This document shows positions 39,325 to 47,628 of a stretch of 64,000 nt of DNA, in pieces (the first letter of the stretch is position 1; the number at the start of each line of letters is the position of its first letter). The translations under genes and the position numbers were made by a program. Below the pieces are notes generated by a model, which worked only from the letters and a program-made list of their open reading frames with translations, was not told where the DNA came from and ran no database searches. This DNA is from Pseudomonadota bacterium (GTDB lineage Bacteria > Pseudomonadota > Gammaproteobacteria > Burkholderiales > Burkholderiaceae_C): contig JAZKCE010000015.1 of the NCBI GenBank assembly GCA_040388255.1, positions 14,068-78,067 of the forward strand. The letters run 5' to 3'.

Positions 39325-39981
39325 TTGGTTCGCCGGACAAAAGAAGAGGCCTTGGCCACTCGCCACAGCCTGCTCGATGCAGCAGAACTGCTGTTTCAGG
39401 CACAAGGCGTCTCGCACACGTCGCTGAACGACATCGCCCGCAAGGCAGGCACCAGCCGGGGCGCCATTTACTGGCACTTCAAGGACAAGGCCGATCTTTT
39501 CAACGCCATGATGGAAAGGGCGACGCTTCCACTGGAAGAGGCTTTCCAGAACCGGGAGAACGGCGGGACGGGCACCTCACTGGCAACCATACGCGAGGGC
39601 ATGCGCGACTGTTTGCAGCGAATCGCGACCGATACCCGCATGCGCCGTGTCTTTGAGGTGGCGACACACAAGGTCGAGTATGTCGATGAATTGCAGGCGG
39701 TCCGCCTGCGTCACCTGACCGTGCGCAATGAGTTTCTGGTCAAGATAGAACAGGGATTTGTATTGGCAGGGGCCGAGCAGAAACTGCACATGCGGATTAG
39801 CCCCGCAACAGCCGCCCAGGGCCTGCACGCGATTGTCGATGGCCTGATCCAGAACTGGCTGCTCGATGCGCAGGCTTTTGACCTGGCGCAAACCAGCCGG
39901 CAGGTGATCGATGTGTACCTGGCCGGCTTGGGGTTTCGCCTTGACCCGGAGGCAAGCGCAGGCCAGGCAGCGCCCACTTGA
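39325..39981 (+). CDS. TetR/AcrR-family repressor of the adjacent RND operon
   Basis: TTG 39325 lies 6 nt after GCAGGAGA. N-terminus VRRTKEEALATRHSLLDAAELLFQ is typical of AcrR-like regulators. Divergent from the efflux operon. Confidence 0.8.
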   Translation: MVRRTKEEALATRHSLLDAAELLFQAQGVSHTSLNDIARKAGTSRGAIYWHFKDKADLFNAMMERATLPLEEAFQNRENGGTGTSLATIREGMRDCLQRIATDTRMRRVFEVATHKVEYVDELQAVRLRHLTVRNEFLVKIEQGFVLAGAEQKLHMRISPATAAQGLHAIVDGLIQNWLLDAQAFDLAQTSRQVIDVYLAGLGFRLDPEASAGQAAPT

Positions 39982-39989
39982 GAAACTTT

Positions 39990-40625
39990 TTAGTGAAGAT
40001 GCCGCGGTTTGCGGCCACCGCCGCCGTGGCCCGTACCGCCTGAAGACCCGCCCAGGCCGCGCGGCGGCCGGCCCAGTTGCATGGAGGTCACCAGCGCATC
40101 AAAGCGCCGTTCAAACAGTTTGTCGATGGCGGCGACAACCTCGCCGAGTTCGGAGCCGTCAAAGTGCCGCTCCATCAGGCCTATGGTGTCCTGCACAAGG
40201 AGGTCGCGCTGCACCTGCATGATGGCCGCCGGCGTGGGGCCGACAAAATACATGGCGAAATCATCACGCGCCTCTTCGCTGCCGCCTTCGTCCTCGTCGT
40301 CAAAATCGGCGTCGTAAAACGTCACTTCGAGAGGCGCGCCTTCACTGGACAGCTCGTTCAGGCCCATGCACATCTCGTCAAGCGCCTGACGGAAATCCTC
40401 GTCACCGGGAACGGTCCAGCACATCTGCAGCAAATGCTTGTGCACATCGAAGCGGATGCCCGGCTCTTCCTCGTAAGCGCTCTCGGCGGCATCGGCCAGC
40501 GACTTGGCGCCCGCGTATTTCCAGATCGGCTTCAGGGCCTCCTGCAACTGCTCAAACGTCACGTCCTCGCGCAAGGGCACTTCGCCATGCACATGGATTT
40601 CAAAAGGTGTGTTGTAACTCGCCAT
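39990..40625 (-). CDS. hypothetical acidic protein with Gly/Arg-rich C-terminal tail
   Basis: 211-aa ORF with GC-rich third positions. No recognisable catalytic motif. Tail GRPPRGLGGSSGGTGHGGGGRKPRHLH. No SD upstream of the ATG. Confidence 0.6.
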   Translation of the reverse strand: MASYNTPFEIHVHGEVPLREDVTFEQLQEALKPIWKYAGAKSLADAAESAYEEEPGIRFDVHKHLLQMCWTVPGDEDFRQALDEMCMGLNELSSEGAPLEVTFYDADFDDEDEGGSEEARDDFAMYFVGPTPAAIMQVQRDLLVQDTIGLMERHFDGSELGEVVAAIDKLFERRFDALVTSMQLGRPPRGLGGSSGGTGHGGGGRKPRHLH

Positions 40626-40713
40626 AAAACTATCTTAACCACTTGAACAGGTTGACGCCAATGGCGGCAGTTGGGAAGGCAGAAGAGCCAAAAACTTCGA
40701 CGGAAAAGAATCG

Positions 40714-40806
40714 TGGTGCCCGAGACCGGAATCGAACCGGTACGCCCGCTATTCACGAAGCGGCGGATTTTAAGTCCGCTGTGTCTACCTATTTCACCAC
40801 TCGGGC
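40714..40806 (-). tRNA. tRNA-Leu(UAA), 93 nt with unusually long variable arm
   Basis: Hand-folded. Acceptor GCCCGAG/CTCGGGC plus ACCA; anticodon stem-loop GCGGA-CTTAAAA-TCCGC; T arm ACCGG-TTCGATT-CCGGT. Variable region about 21 nt. Confidence 0.8.
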
Positions 40807-40824
40807 CAAGGGCTCATTGTCAAA

Positions 40825-40848
40825 CAAAAAAGCCCCTTTGCAGGGGCT
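40825..40848 (-). terminator. terminator-like hairpin between tRNA-Cys and tRNA-Leu
   Basis: Minus strand AGCCCCT-gcaa-AGGGGCT followed by TTTTTTG. It ends 15 to 20 nt before the tRNA-Leu 5' end. Confidence 0.45.
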
Positions 40849-40863
40849 CTAACCAGGACATGA

Positions 40864-40937
40864 TGGAGGCGCGGCCCGGAGTCGAACCGGGCTAGCCGGA
40901 TTTGCAATCCGGTACATAACCGCTTTGTTACCGCGCC
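40864..40937 (-). tRNA. tRNA-Cys(GCA)
   Basis: GGCGCGG...CCGCGCC-T-CCA acceptor, anticodon loop TTGCAAA, T loop TTCGACT. Confidence 0.9.
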
Positions 40938-40986
40938 GTATTCCGCCGGCATCCACAAGACTCACCAGCCTATGGACTACCCAATG

Positions 40987-41016
40987 AAAAAGGACAGCAT
41001 TTTGAAGTGCTGCCCT
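40987..41016 (-). terminator. terminator-like hairpin between tRNA-Gly and tRNA-Cys
   Basis: Minus strand AGGGCAGCA-cttcaaaa-TGCTGTCCT (one G-U pair) followed by TTTT. Confidence 0.45.
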
Positions 41017-41022
41017 TTAAAT

Positions 41023-41098
41023 TGGAGCGGGAGAAGAGTCTCGAACTCTCGACCTCAACCTTGGCAAGGTTGCGCTCTACCAACTGAGCTACTCCCGC
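41023..41098 (-). tRNA. tRNA-Gly(GCC)
   Basis: GCGGGAGTAGCTCAGTTGGTAGAGC... with anticodon loop TTGCCAA, T loop TTCGAGA and CCA end. Confidence 0.9.
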
Positions 41099-41135
41099 GT
41101 ATCAGATACATATATCGTATCGTTTACAGCTTCGA

Positions 41136-41165
41136 ATTATAGCGCGATTTTGACGCTTTACGCAA
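41136..41165 (-). promoter_or_regulatory. candidate sigma-70 promoter of the tRNA-Gly/Cys/Leu cluster
   Basis: On the minus strand: TTGCGT (41165..41160), 18-nt spacer, TATAAT (41141..41136), about 38 nt upstream of the tRNA-Gly 5' end. Confidence 0.5.
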
Positions 41166-41183
41166 GATCACGAAAAAAGTCTG

Positions 41184-43622
41184 TCAATGTTTTACGCTGC
41201 CAGTGATTTCCGCAGGCGCAACCACGGCTGGCGCAGCAGCTGCGGCCGCAGCAATCGCCAGTTCTTCATCCGTCAATGGAACCGGCTGGCGCTCAAGCGC
41301 AACCTGCAGCACCTGGTCAATCCATTTCACCGGAATGATCTCCAGGCCCTGTTTGACGTTGTCGGGAATCTCCTGCAGGTCCTTGGCGTTTTCTTCCGGG
41401 ATCAGCACGGTCTTGATACCGCCGCGCAAGGCAGCCAGCAGCTTTTCCTTCAGGCCGCCAATGGCAGTGACTTCACCGCGCAGTGTGATCTCACCAGTCA
41501 TGGCGACATCGCCGCGCACCGGGATGCCGGTGAGCGCGGACACGAATGCCGTTGTCATGGCGGCGCCCGCACTCGGGCCGTCCTTGGGCGTTGCGCCGTC
41601 CGGCACGTGGATGTGGATGTCGCGCTTCTCGAACATCTCGTCCTTGATGCCCAGCGTTTTGGCGCGGCTGCGTACCACCGTGCGGGCGGCTTCCACCGAT
41701 TCCTTCATCACGTCGCCGAGCGAGCCGGTGCGTGTGATCACGCCCTTACCCGGCATCATGGCGGCCTCAATGGTCAGCAGGTCGCCGCCCACTTCGGTCC
41801 ACGCCAGGCCAACCACCTGGCCGACCTGGTTTTGCTGCTCGGCGCGGCCGTAGTTGAATTTGCGCACACCCAGGAATTCATTGAGGTTGTCCGGCGTCAC
41901 GACCACTTGCGGCGTCATCTTCTTGAGCTGTATGCCCTTGACGACCTTGCGGCAGATCTTGGACAGTTCGCGCTCCAGCGAGCGCACACCGGCTTCGCGC
42001 GTGTAGTAGCGCACGATGTCACGCACAGCCTGCTCCTGCACTTCGAGTTCTTCGGCCTTCACGCCGTTGTTCTTGACCTGCTTGGGCAGCAGGTAGCGCA
42101 TGGCAATGCTGGTTTTTTCATCCTCGGTGTACCCCGACAGCCGGATGACTTCCATGCGGTCCAACAGGGCTGGCGGAATGTTCATGGAGTTGGACGTGGC
42201 CACAAACATCACGTCGCTCAAGTCGAAATCGACTTCAACGTAATGGTCGCCAAAGGTGTGGTTTTGCTCCGGGTCCAACACCTCCAGCAGCGCGCTGGAC
42301 GGATCGCCCCTGAAGTCCGTGCCCAGCTTGTCGATCTCGTCGAGCAGGAACAGCGGGTTGCGCGTGCCGGCCTTTGAAAGGCTTTGCAGCACCTTGCCGG
42401 GCAAGGCGCCTATGTAGGTACGGCGATGCCCGCGGATTTCAGCTTCGTCGCGCATGCCGCCCAGTGCCATGCGCACATACTTGCGCCCGGTGGCCTTGGC
42501 AATCGACTGGCCCAGCGAGGTTTTACCGACGCCCGGCGGGCCTACGAGGCAAAGAATCGGCGCCTTGAGTTTGTCGACGCGCTGCTGCACCGCAAGGTAT
42601 TCAACAATGCGGTCCTTGACCTTTTCGAGGCCGTAGTGGTCTTCATTGAGCACGTTCTCGGCATTGACCAGGTCGTGCTTGATCTTGGTTTTTTTGCTCC
42701 AGGGCAAACCGGTCAAAACATCGATGTAGGTGCGCACCACCGTGGCTTCGGCCGACATGGGCGACATCAGCTTGAGTTTTTTAAGTTCGCTCTCGGCCTT
42801 CTTGCGCGCTTCCTGAGGCATTTTGGCGGACTTGATCTTTTTCTCGATCTCTTCGATGTCCGCGCCCTCTTCGCCTTCGCCCAGCTCTTTCTGGATGGCC
42901 TTGACCTGCTCGTTGAGGTAGAAGTCGCGCTGGTTCTTTTCCATCTGCCGCTTGACGCGGCCGCGGATTTTTTTGTCCACGTTCAGGATGTCCACCTCGC
43001 GCTCAAGCTGCTCATAAAGGTTCTCAAGGCGCTCCTTGACCTGGGCCAGGTCAAGAATCACCTGCTTGGCATCAAGCTTGAGCGGCAGGTGCGCGGCGAT
43101 GGTGTCGGCCAGGCGCCCGGCATCGTCGATGCTGGAAATCGAGGTGAGGATTTCCGGCGGAATCTTCTTGTTGAGTTTGACGTAATGGTCAAACTGCTGC
43201 ATCACGGCGCGGCGCAAGGCCTCGATTTCGCTGGTCTTGTCCGCGGCGATGGCAGCGGCTTCAATCGGCGTCACATTGGCGCTGAAATGCTGCTCGCCAT
43301 CTTCGATCTTGTTGACCTTGGCGCGCTGCTGGCCCTCCACCAGCACCTTGACGGTGCCGTCCGGCAATTTGAGCAGTTGCAGGATGGTGGCGACACAGCC
43401 CACCTCAAACATGTCCTCGACCGAAGGCTCATCCTTGGCCGCGGCTTTTTGCGCCACCAGCATGATGCGGCGCTCGGCCTCCATCGCCGACTCCAGGGCC
43501 TTGATGCTTTTTGGGCGTCCGACAAACAGCGGGATCACCATGTGCGGGAACACCACCACATCGCGCAGGGGCAACAGTGGCAGGTCTATGGGGGTAGGAG
43601 GCAATGAGGTTTGTCCAGACAT
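41184..43622 (-). CDS. lon: ATP-dependent Lon protease
   Basis: 812 aa. Walker [10 protein letters not shown] and catalytic Ser in PKDGPSAG. Confidence 0.95.
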   Translation of the reverse strand: MSGQTSLPPTPIDLPLLPLRDVVVFPHMVIPLFVGRPKSIKALESAMEAERRIMLVAQKAAAKDEPSVEDMFEVGCVATILQLLKLPDGTVKVLVEGQQRAKVNKIEDGEQHFSANVTPIEAAAIAADKTSEIEALRRAVMQQFDHYVKLNKKIPPEILTSISSIDDAGRLADTIAAHLPLKLDAKQVILDLAQVKERLENLYEQLEREVDILNVDKKIRGRVKRQMEKNQRDFYLNEQVKAIQKELGEGEEGADIEEIEKKIKSAKMPQEARKKAESELKKLKLMSPMSAEATVVRTYIDVLTGLPWSKKTKIKHDLVNAENVLNEDHYGLEKVKDRIVEYLAVQQRVDKLKAPILCLVGPPGVGKTSLGQSIAKATGRKYVRMALGGMRDEAEIRGHRRTYIGALPGKVLQSLSKAGTRNPLFLLDEIDKLGTDFRGDPSSALLEVLDPEQNHTFGDHYVEVDFDLSDVMFVATSNSMNIPPALLDRMEVIRLSGYTEDEKTSIAMRYLLPKQVKNNGVKAEELEVQEQAVRDIVRYYTREAGVRSLERELSKICRKVVKGIQLKKMTPQVVVTPDNLNEFLGVRKFNYGRAEQQNQVGQVVGLAWTEVGGDLLTIEAAMMPGKGVITRTGSLGDVMKESVEAARTVVRSRAKTLGIKDEMFEKRDIHIHVPDGATPKDGPSAGAAMTTAFVSALTGIPVRGDVAMTGEITLRGEVTAIGGLKEKLLAALRGGIKTVLIPEENAKDLQEIPDNVKQGLEIIPVKWIDQVLQVALERQPVPLTDEELAIAAAAAAAPAVVAPAEITGSVKH

Positions 43623-43697
43623 ATAAGCCTTAAAAGAGCTTTAAACGTAAGCCGCCGGGACAAGTCCCGAAAGCCAGGCCAGATACAGTAGCTTCGA

Positions 43698-43725
43698 ACG
43701 TGGGGCGGGAAAGAGGCTTTTCAAG
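43698..43725 (-). promoter_or_regulatory. sigma-32 (RpoH)-type heat-shock promoter of lon
   Basis: Minus strand CTTGAAA (43725..43719), 13 nt, CCCCACGT (43705..43698). Matches the CTTGAAA-N13-14-CCCCATNT consensus. Confidence 0.6.
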
Positions 43726-43752
43726 CACCTCTTCCCGGGCCTTCCAGGACGT

Positions 43753-45018
43753 TCAGGCCTTTTTTGCCGCCTCTCGGTACACCAGCAGGGGCGGCTTGTT
43801 CTCTTCAATGGTTGATTCATCCACCACCACCTTGTCGACATTGCTGGCGTTGGGAAGATCAAACATGGTGTCTATCAGCGACTGCTCCAGGATGGAGCGC
43901 AGGCCGCGGGCGCCGGTCTTGCGGGCCAGCGCCTTGCGGGCAATGGCCTTGAGCGCCGAAGGGCGAATCTCCAGGTCAACACCTTCCATGGACAGCAGCT
44001 TGCTGAACTGTTTGACCACCGCATTTTTGGGCTCGGTCAGGATCTGCACCAGGGCATCTTCGCTCAGCTCGGCCAAAGTGGCGACCACCGGCATGCGGCC
44101 GACCAGTTCGGGGATCAGGCCGAACTTGATCAGGTCTTCGGGCTCGACTTCCTTGAACGAGTCGGTCAGGCTGCGGGCTTTTTTACTCTTGACCGCGGCG
44201 CCAAAACCTATGCCCGATGCCTCGGTGCGATTTTCAATGACTTTCTCAAGCCCCGAAAATGCGCCGCCGCAAATGAAGAGGATGTTGGTGGTGTCGACCT
44301 GCAGGAAATCCTGGTTCGGGTGCTTGCGCCCGCCCTGCGGCGGCACGGAAGCCATGGTGCCTTCAATCAGCTTGAGCAAGGCCTGCTGCACGCCCTCACC
44401 CGACACATCACGGGTAATCGAGGGGTTGTCCGATTTACGCGAGATCTTGTCGATCTCGTCGATGTACACAATGCCCTGCTGCGCGCGCTCGACTTCGTAG
44501 TTGCAGCTCTGCAGCAATTTCTGGATGATGTTTTCAACGTCCTCGCCCACATAACCGGCTTCGGTCAGCGTGGTGGCGTCGGCCATCACAAAAGGCACGT
44601 TCAGGGTGCGCGCCAGCGTTTGCGCCAGCAGCGTCTTGCCCGAACCGGTCGGGCCAATCAGCAGGATGTTGCTTTTGGTGAGCTCGACCTCGTCTTTTTT
44701 GGCCTTGTCCTTGTGGCGCAGGCGTTTGTAGTGGTTGTAGACCGCCACAGCCAGCGTGCGCTTGGCAGGCTCCTGGCCTATCACATAACCATCCAGCGTG
44801 GTCTTGATCTCCAGGGGGGTGGGCAGGTCACTGCGCGTTTCGCGCACATCTTCGCCAGCGGGCAACTCGTCGCGGATGATTTCATTGCACAGGTCAATAC
44901 ATTCGTCGCAGATAAAAACCGACGGTCCTGCGATGAGTTTTTTGACTTCGTGCTGGCTTTTACCGCAAAAAGAGCAGTACAAAGTCTTTTCGCTGGAGGA
45001 GCCTTTTTTTTCGGCCAT
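43753..45018 (-). CDS. clpX: ATP-dependent Clp protease ATP-binding subunit ClpX
   Basis: Zinc-binding [11 protein letters not shown]...CDEC and Walker A GPTGSGKT. Confidence 0.95.
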   Translation of the reverse strand: MAEKKGSSSEKTLYCSFCGKSQHEVKKLIAGPSVFICDECIDLCNEIIRDELPAGEDVRETRSDLPTPLEIKTTLDGYVIGQEPAKRTLAVAVYNHYKRLRHKDKAKKDEVELTKSNILLIGPTGSGKTLLAQTLARTLNVPFVMADATTLTEAGYVGEDVENIIQKLLQSCNYEVERAQQGIVYIDEIDKISRKSDNPSITRDVSGEGVQQALLKLIEGTMASVPPQGGRKHPNQDFLQVDTTNILFICGGAFSGLEKVIENRTEASGIGFGAAVKSKKARSLTDSFKEVEPEDLIKFGLIPELVGRMPVVATLAELSEDALVQILTEPKNAVVKQFSKLLSMEGVDLEIRPSALKAIARKALARKTGARGLRSILEQSLIDTMFDLPNASNVDKVVVDESTIEENKPPLLVYREAAKKA

Positions 45019-45082
45019 TGGGGGGATGCCTTCTAAAGTGGCTGATGGAGAACTGTTACCTAATGATAACCAAATAGATAAG

Positions 45083-45122
45083 CAAAGAAAAACGGCGCCT
45101 CCTGTTACAGAAAGCGCCGTTT
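45083..45122 (-). terminator. terminator/attenuator hairpin between clpP and clpX
   Basis: Minus strand AAACGGCGC, 15-nt loop, GCGCCGTTT followed by TTCTTTG. Confidence 0.6.
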
Positions 45123-45167
45123 CACCAGAGCAATTGCATGCTTTTGCCCGGGCTCGACTCCCGGACT

Positions 45168-45824
45168 TTACGGGCGCTTGGAGATCACCTCGTCAACCAG
45201 GCCATAGGCCTTGGCTTCGTCGGCAAACATGAAGTAGTCGCGTTCGGTATCACGCTCGATTTTCTCGACCGTCTGGCCCGTGTTGGCCGCGAGGATACGG
45301 TTCAGCTGGTCACGGGTTTTCAGGATGTCGCGGGCATGGATCTCGATATCCGTGGCCTGCCCTTGCGCACCGCCCGAAGGCTGGTGAATCATGACGCGGG
45401 AATTCGGCAGCGAGAAACGCTTGCCCTTGGTCCCTGCGGACAGCAAAAACGCGCCCATGCTGGCCGCCATGCCGACGCACAGCGTCGAAACATCGGGTTT
45501 GATGAACTGCATGGTGTCGTAAATCGCCATGCCGGCCGTCACAGACCCGCCAGGGGAGTTGATGTAGAAGGAAATGTCCTTGTCCGGGTTTTCGCTTTCC
45601 AGGAACAGCAGCTGCGCCACCACCAGGTTGGCGGTCTGGTCATTGACCGGGCCGACCAGGAAAATCACGCGCTCCTTGAGCAGGCGCGAATAAATATCGT
45701 AAGACCGCTCGCCGCGGCCGGATTGCTCAATCACCATGGGCACCATGCCCAGGCCTTGGGTTTCAAGCGCGCCGGCTTGCGGGCCGGTATAGGCGCCGCC
45801 ATAAATACTGTTTCGAACCATCAT
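45168..45824 (-). CDS. clpP: ATP-dependent Clp protease proteolytic subunit
   Basis: Active-site region [14 protein letters not shown] 45824 or 45821, preceded by GGAGA. Confidence 0.93.
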   Translation of the reverse strand: MMVRNSIYGGAYTGPQAGALETQGLGMVPMVIEQSGRGERSYDIYSRLLKERVIFLVGPVNDQTANLVVAQLLFLESENPDKDISFYINSPGGSVTAGMAIYDTMQFIKPDVSTLCVGMAASMGAFLLSAGTKGKRFSLPNSRVMIHQPSGGAQGQATDIEIHARDILKTRDQLNRILAANTGQTVEKIERDTERDYFMFADEAKAYGLVDEVISKRP

Positions 45825-45859
45825 GTTTTCTCCAGAGATGTTTGTACTGTACCCAAAAG

Positions 45860-45887
45860 AAATGGGGCTTGTGCTCCGGACTTCAAG
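45860..45887 (-). promoter_or_regulatory. sigma-32 (RpoH)-type heat-shock promoter of clpP-clpX
   Basis: Minus strand CTTGAAG (45887..45881), 13 nt, CCCCATTT (45867..45860). Confidence 0.6.
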
Positions 45888-45928
45888 CCGGGCGCAAACC
45901 CCAATTCATTCGAAAAGCGGATGGCTGG

Positions 45929-47239
45929 TCAGTTCTGTGCCATCAGTTCGTCAAAGGACACGGCTTTTTCGCTCACTTTGGCCTTGGACAGCACAAAGTC
46001 GGTCACGTTGTTTTCAATCACAACGGCCTCGACTTCCGCCATGCGGCGGTTGTCGCTCAGGTACCAGCGCACCACATCCTGCGGTTTCTCGTAGCTGGCG
46101 GCGAGCTCTTCAATGTGCGCCTTGAGCTGCTCGGGCTTGGCCTGCAGGTCGTTCGAACGCACCAGCTCGGCAACCACCAGACCCAGGCGCACGCGCTTTT
46201 CAGCCTGCGGGCGGAAAATGTCGTCGGGAATCGGTGCCTTGTCGGCGTCCTTGATGCCGCGCTGCTTCAGGTCGGCACGGGCGTTTTCAATCATGCGGTC
46301 GAGTTCGGCCTGCACGCTGGAATTGGGCAGATCGAGTTCGGCATTGGCCACCAGCGCGTCCATCACCGCATTTTTGTTGCGGGCCAGCAGGCGGAACTTG
46401 ACTTCACGCTCCAGGTTTTTCTTGATGTCGGCGCGCAGGCCTTCAACCGTTGCGTCGGCGATACCCAGGGACTTGGCCAGGGCTTCGTTCACTTCGGGCA
46501 GGTGCGCGGCTTCGAGCTTTTTGACCGTGACCAGGAAGTCGGCCTGTTTGCCGGCAACGTCCTGGCCGTGGTAATCAGCCGGGAAGTTCAGCGGGAAGGT
46601 CTTGCTTTCGCCACTTTTCATGCCGCGCACGGCATCTTCGAATTCCTTGAGCATCTGGCCGTCGCCGATCAGGAACTGGTAGTCCTCGGCCTTGCCACCG
46701 GCGAAAGGTTCGCCGTCCATCTTGCCTTCAAAATCGATGGTGGCGCGGTCGCCTTCCTGTGCCGGCGCATCGGCTGCGCGCTGCGCGAAGGTGCGGCGCT
46801 GCTTGCGCAGGATGTCAATGGTCTTGTCGATGGCGGCATCACTGACTTCGGCGTTGACTTTTTCAACCTCGGCGCCAGCCAGGTCCTTGATCTTGACGTC
46901 CGGGTAAACCTCAAACACCGCGTCAAACACCAGGTCGCCCTCGGGGGCGCCTTCTTTTTCGCTGATGCGCGGCTGGCCAGCCACGCGAAGTTTGGCTTCA
47001 TTGGCGGCCACGGCAAATGCCTCGCCGACCTTGTCGTTCATGACTTCGTAATGCACCGAATAGCCATACCGCTGGGCCACGACATTCATGGGCACCTTGC
47101 CGGGACGGAAACCGTCCATCTTGACGGTACGGGCCAGCTTTTTCAAACGCGTGTCAACTTCAGACTGGATGGTGCCTACGGGCAGCGTCAAGGTGATTTT
47201 GCGTTCCAGCTTTTCAAGGGTTTCAACAGTCACGGCCAT
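45929..47239 (-). CDS. tig: trigger factor
   Basis: 436 aa with N-terminus MAVTVETLEKLERKITLTLP and GFRPGKVP ribosome-binding motif. Confidence 0.93.
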   Translation of the reverse strand: MAVTVETLEKLERKITLTLPVGTIQSEVDTRLKKLARTVKMDGFRPGKVPMNVVAQRYGYSVHYEVMNDKVGEAFAVAANEAKLRVAGQPRISEKEGAPEGDLVFDAVFEVYPDVKIKDLAGAEVEKVNAEVSDAAIDKTIDILRKQRRTFAQRAADAPAQEGDRATIDFEGKMDGEPFAGGKAEDYQFLIGDGQMLKEFEDAVRGMKSGESKTFPLNFPADYHGQDVAGKQADFLVTVKKLEAAHLPEVNEALAKSLGIADATVEGLRADIKKNLEREVKFRLLARNKNAVMDALVANAELDLPNSSVQAELDRMIENARADLKQRGIKDADKAPIPDDIFRPQAEKRVRLGLVVAELVRSNDLQAKPEQLKAHIEELAASYEKPQDVVRWYLSDNRRMAEVEAVVIENNVTDFVLSKAKVSEKAVSFDELMAQN

Positions 47240-47326
47240 GATGGTTTCCTAAACGTCTAGTAATGGTCAAACAGGGTTGGCCGGCGCTCGCCTATGCGCT
47301 GCCCGGTCAATCTGCAATTTTCAAGG

Positions 47327-47413
47327 TGGTGCGCGGGGGGGGACTCGAACCCCCACACCATTGCTGGCGTCAGGACCTAAACCTGGTGCGTCTACCAATT
47401 TCGCCACCCGCGC
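47327..47413 (-). tRNA. tRNA-Leu(UAG)
   Basis: GCGCGGGTGGCGAAATTGGTAGACGC..., anticodon loop TTTAGGT, long variable arm, T loop TTCGAGT, CCA end; 87 nt. Confidence 0.88.
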
Positions 47414-47628
47414 GCCTGAAACAAAAAACGGGAATACGGCCTGCCAGAGGTTTCTCAAAGGCCTGGCCGAACTCCCGCCTGAAATCGGTCAACTTTCTAT
47501 TTTAGCCTGTAATGGCCGCCCTGCTCCCGCTTCACCCTGAACCAGACGGAGTCATTGCAATGCCGGTGTTTCGCGTTTTACCCGAAACCAGGCGGGTCTC
47601 GGCGCTTTGCGCCGGCCCGCTGGCGGGA

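Noticed and set aside
40626-41183. tRNA cluster as an integration hotspot for a genomic island or prophage
   Set aside because: There is no integrase or phage gene and no direct repeat of a tRNA 3' end. The flanks are conserved housekeeping genes (lon on one side, efflux operon and regulator on the other).
185-47260. Other long antisense ORFs in the track: 185..1531, 7396..8802, 19613..20980, 26617..28194, 35929..37875, 42384..43607 and 45842..47260
   Set aside because: Each lies fully within and opposite to a gene with clear family motifs (rmuC, permease, aapM, acs, the RND pump, lon, tig). None has an SD or recognisable domain. I treat them as GC-driven open frames.
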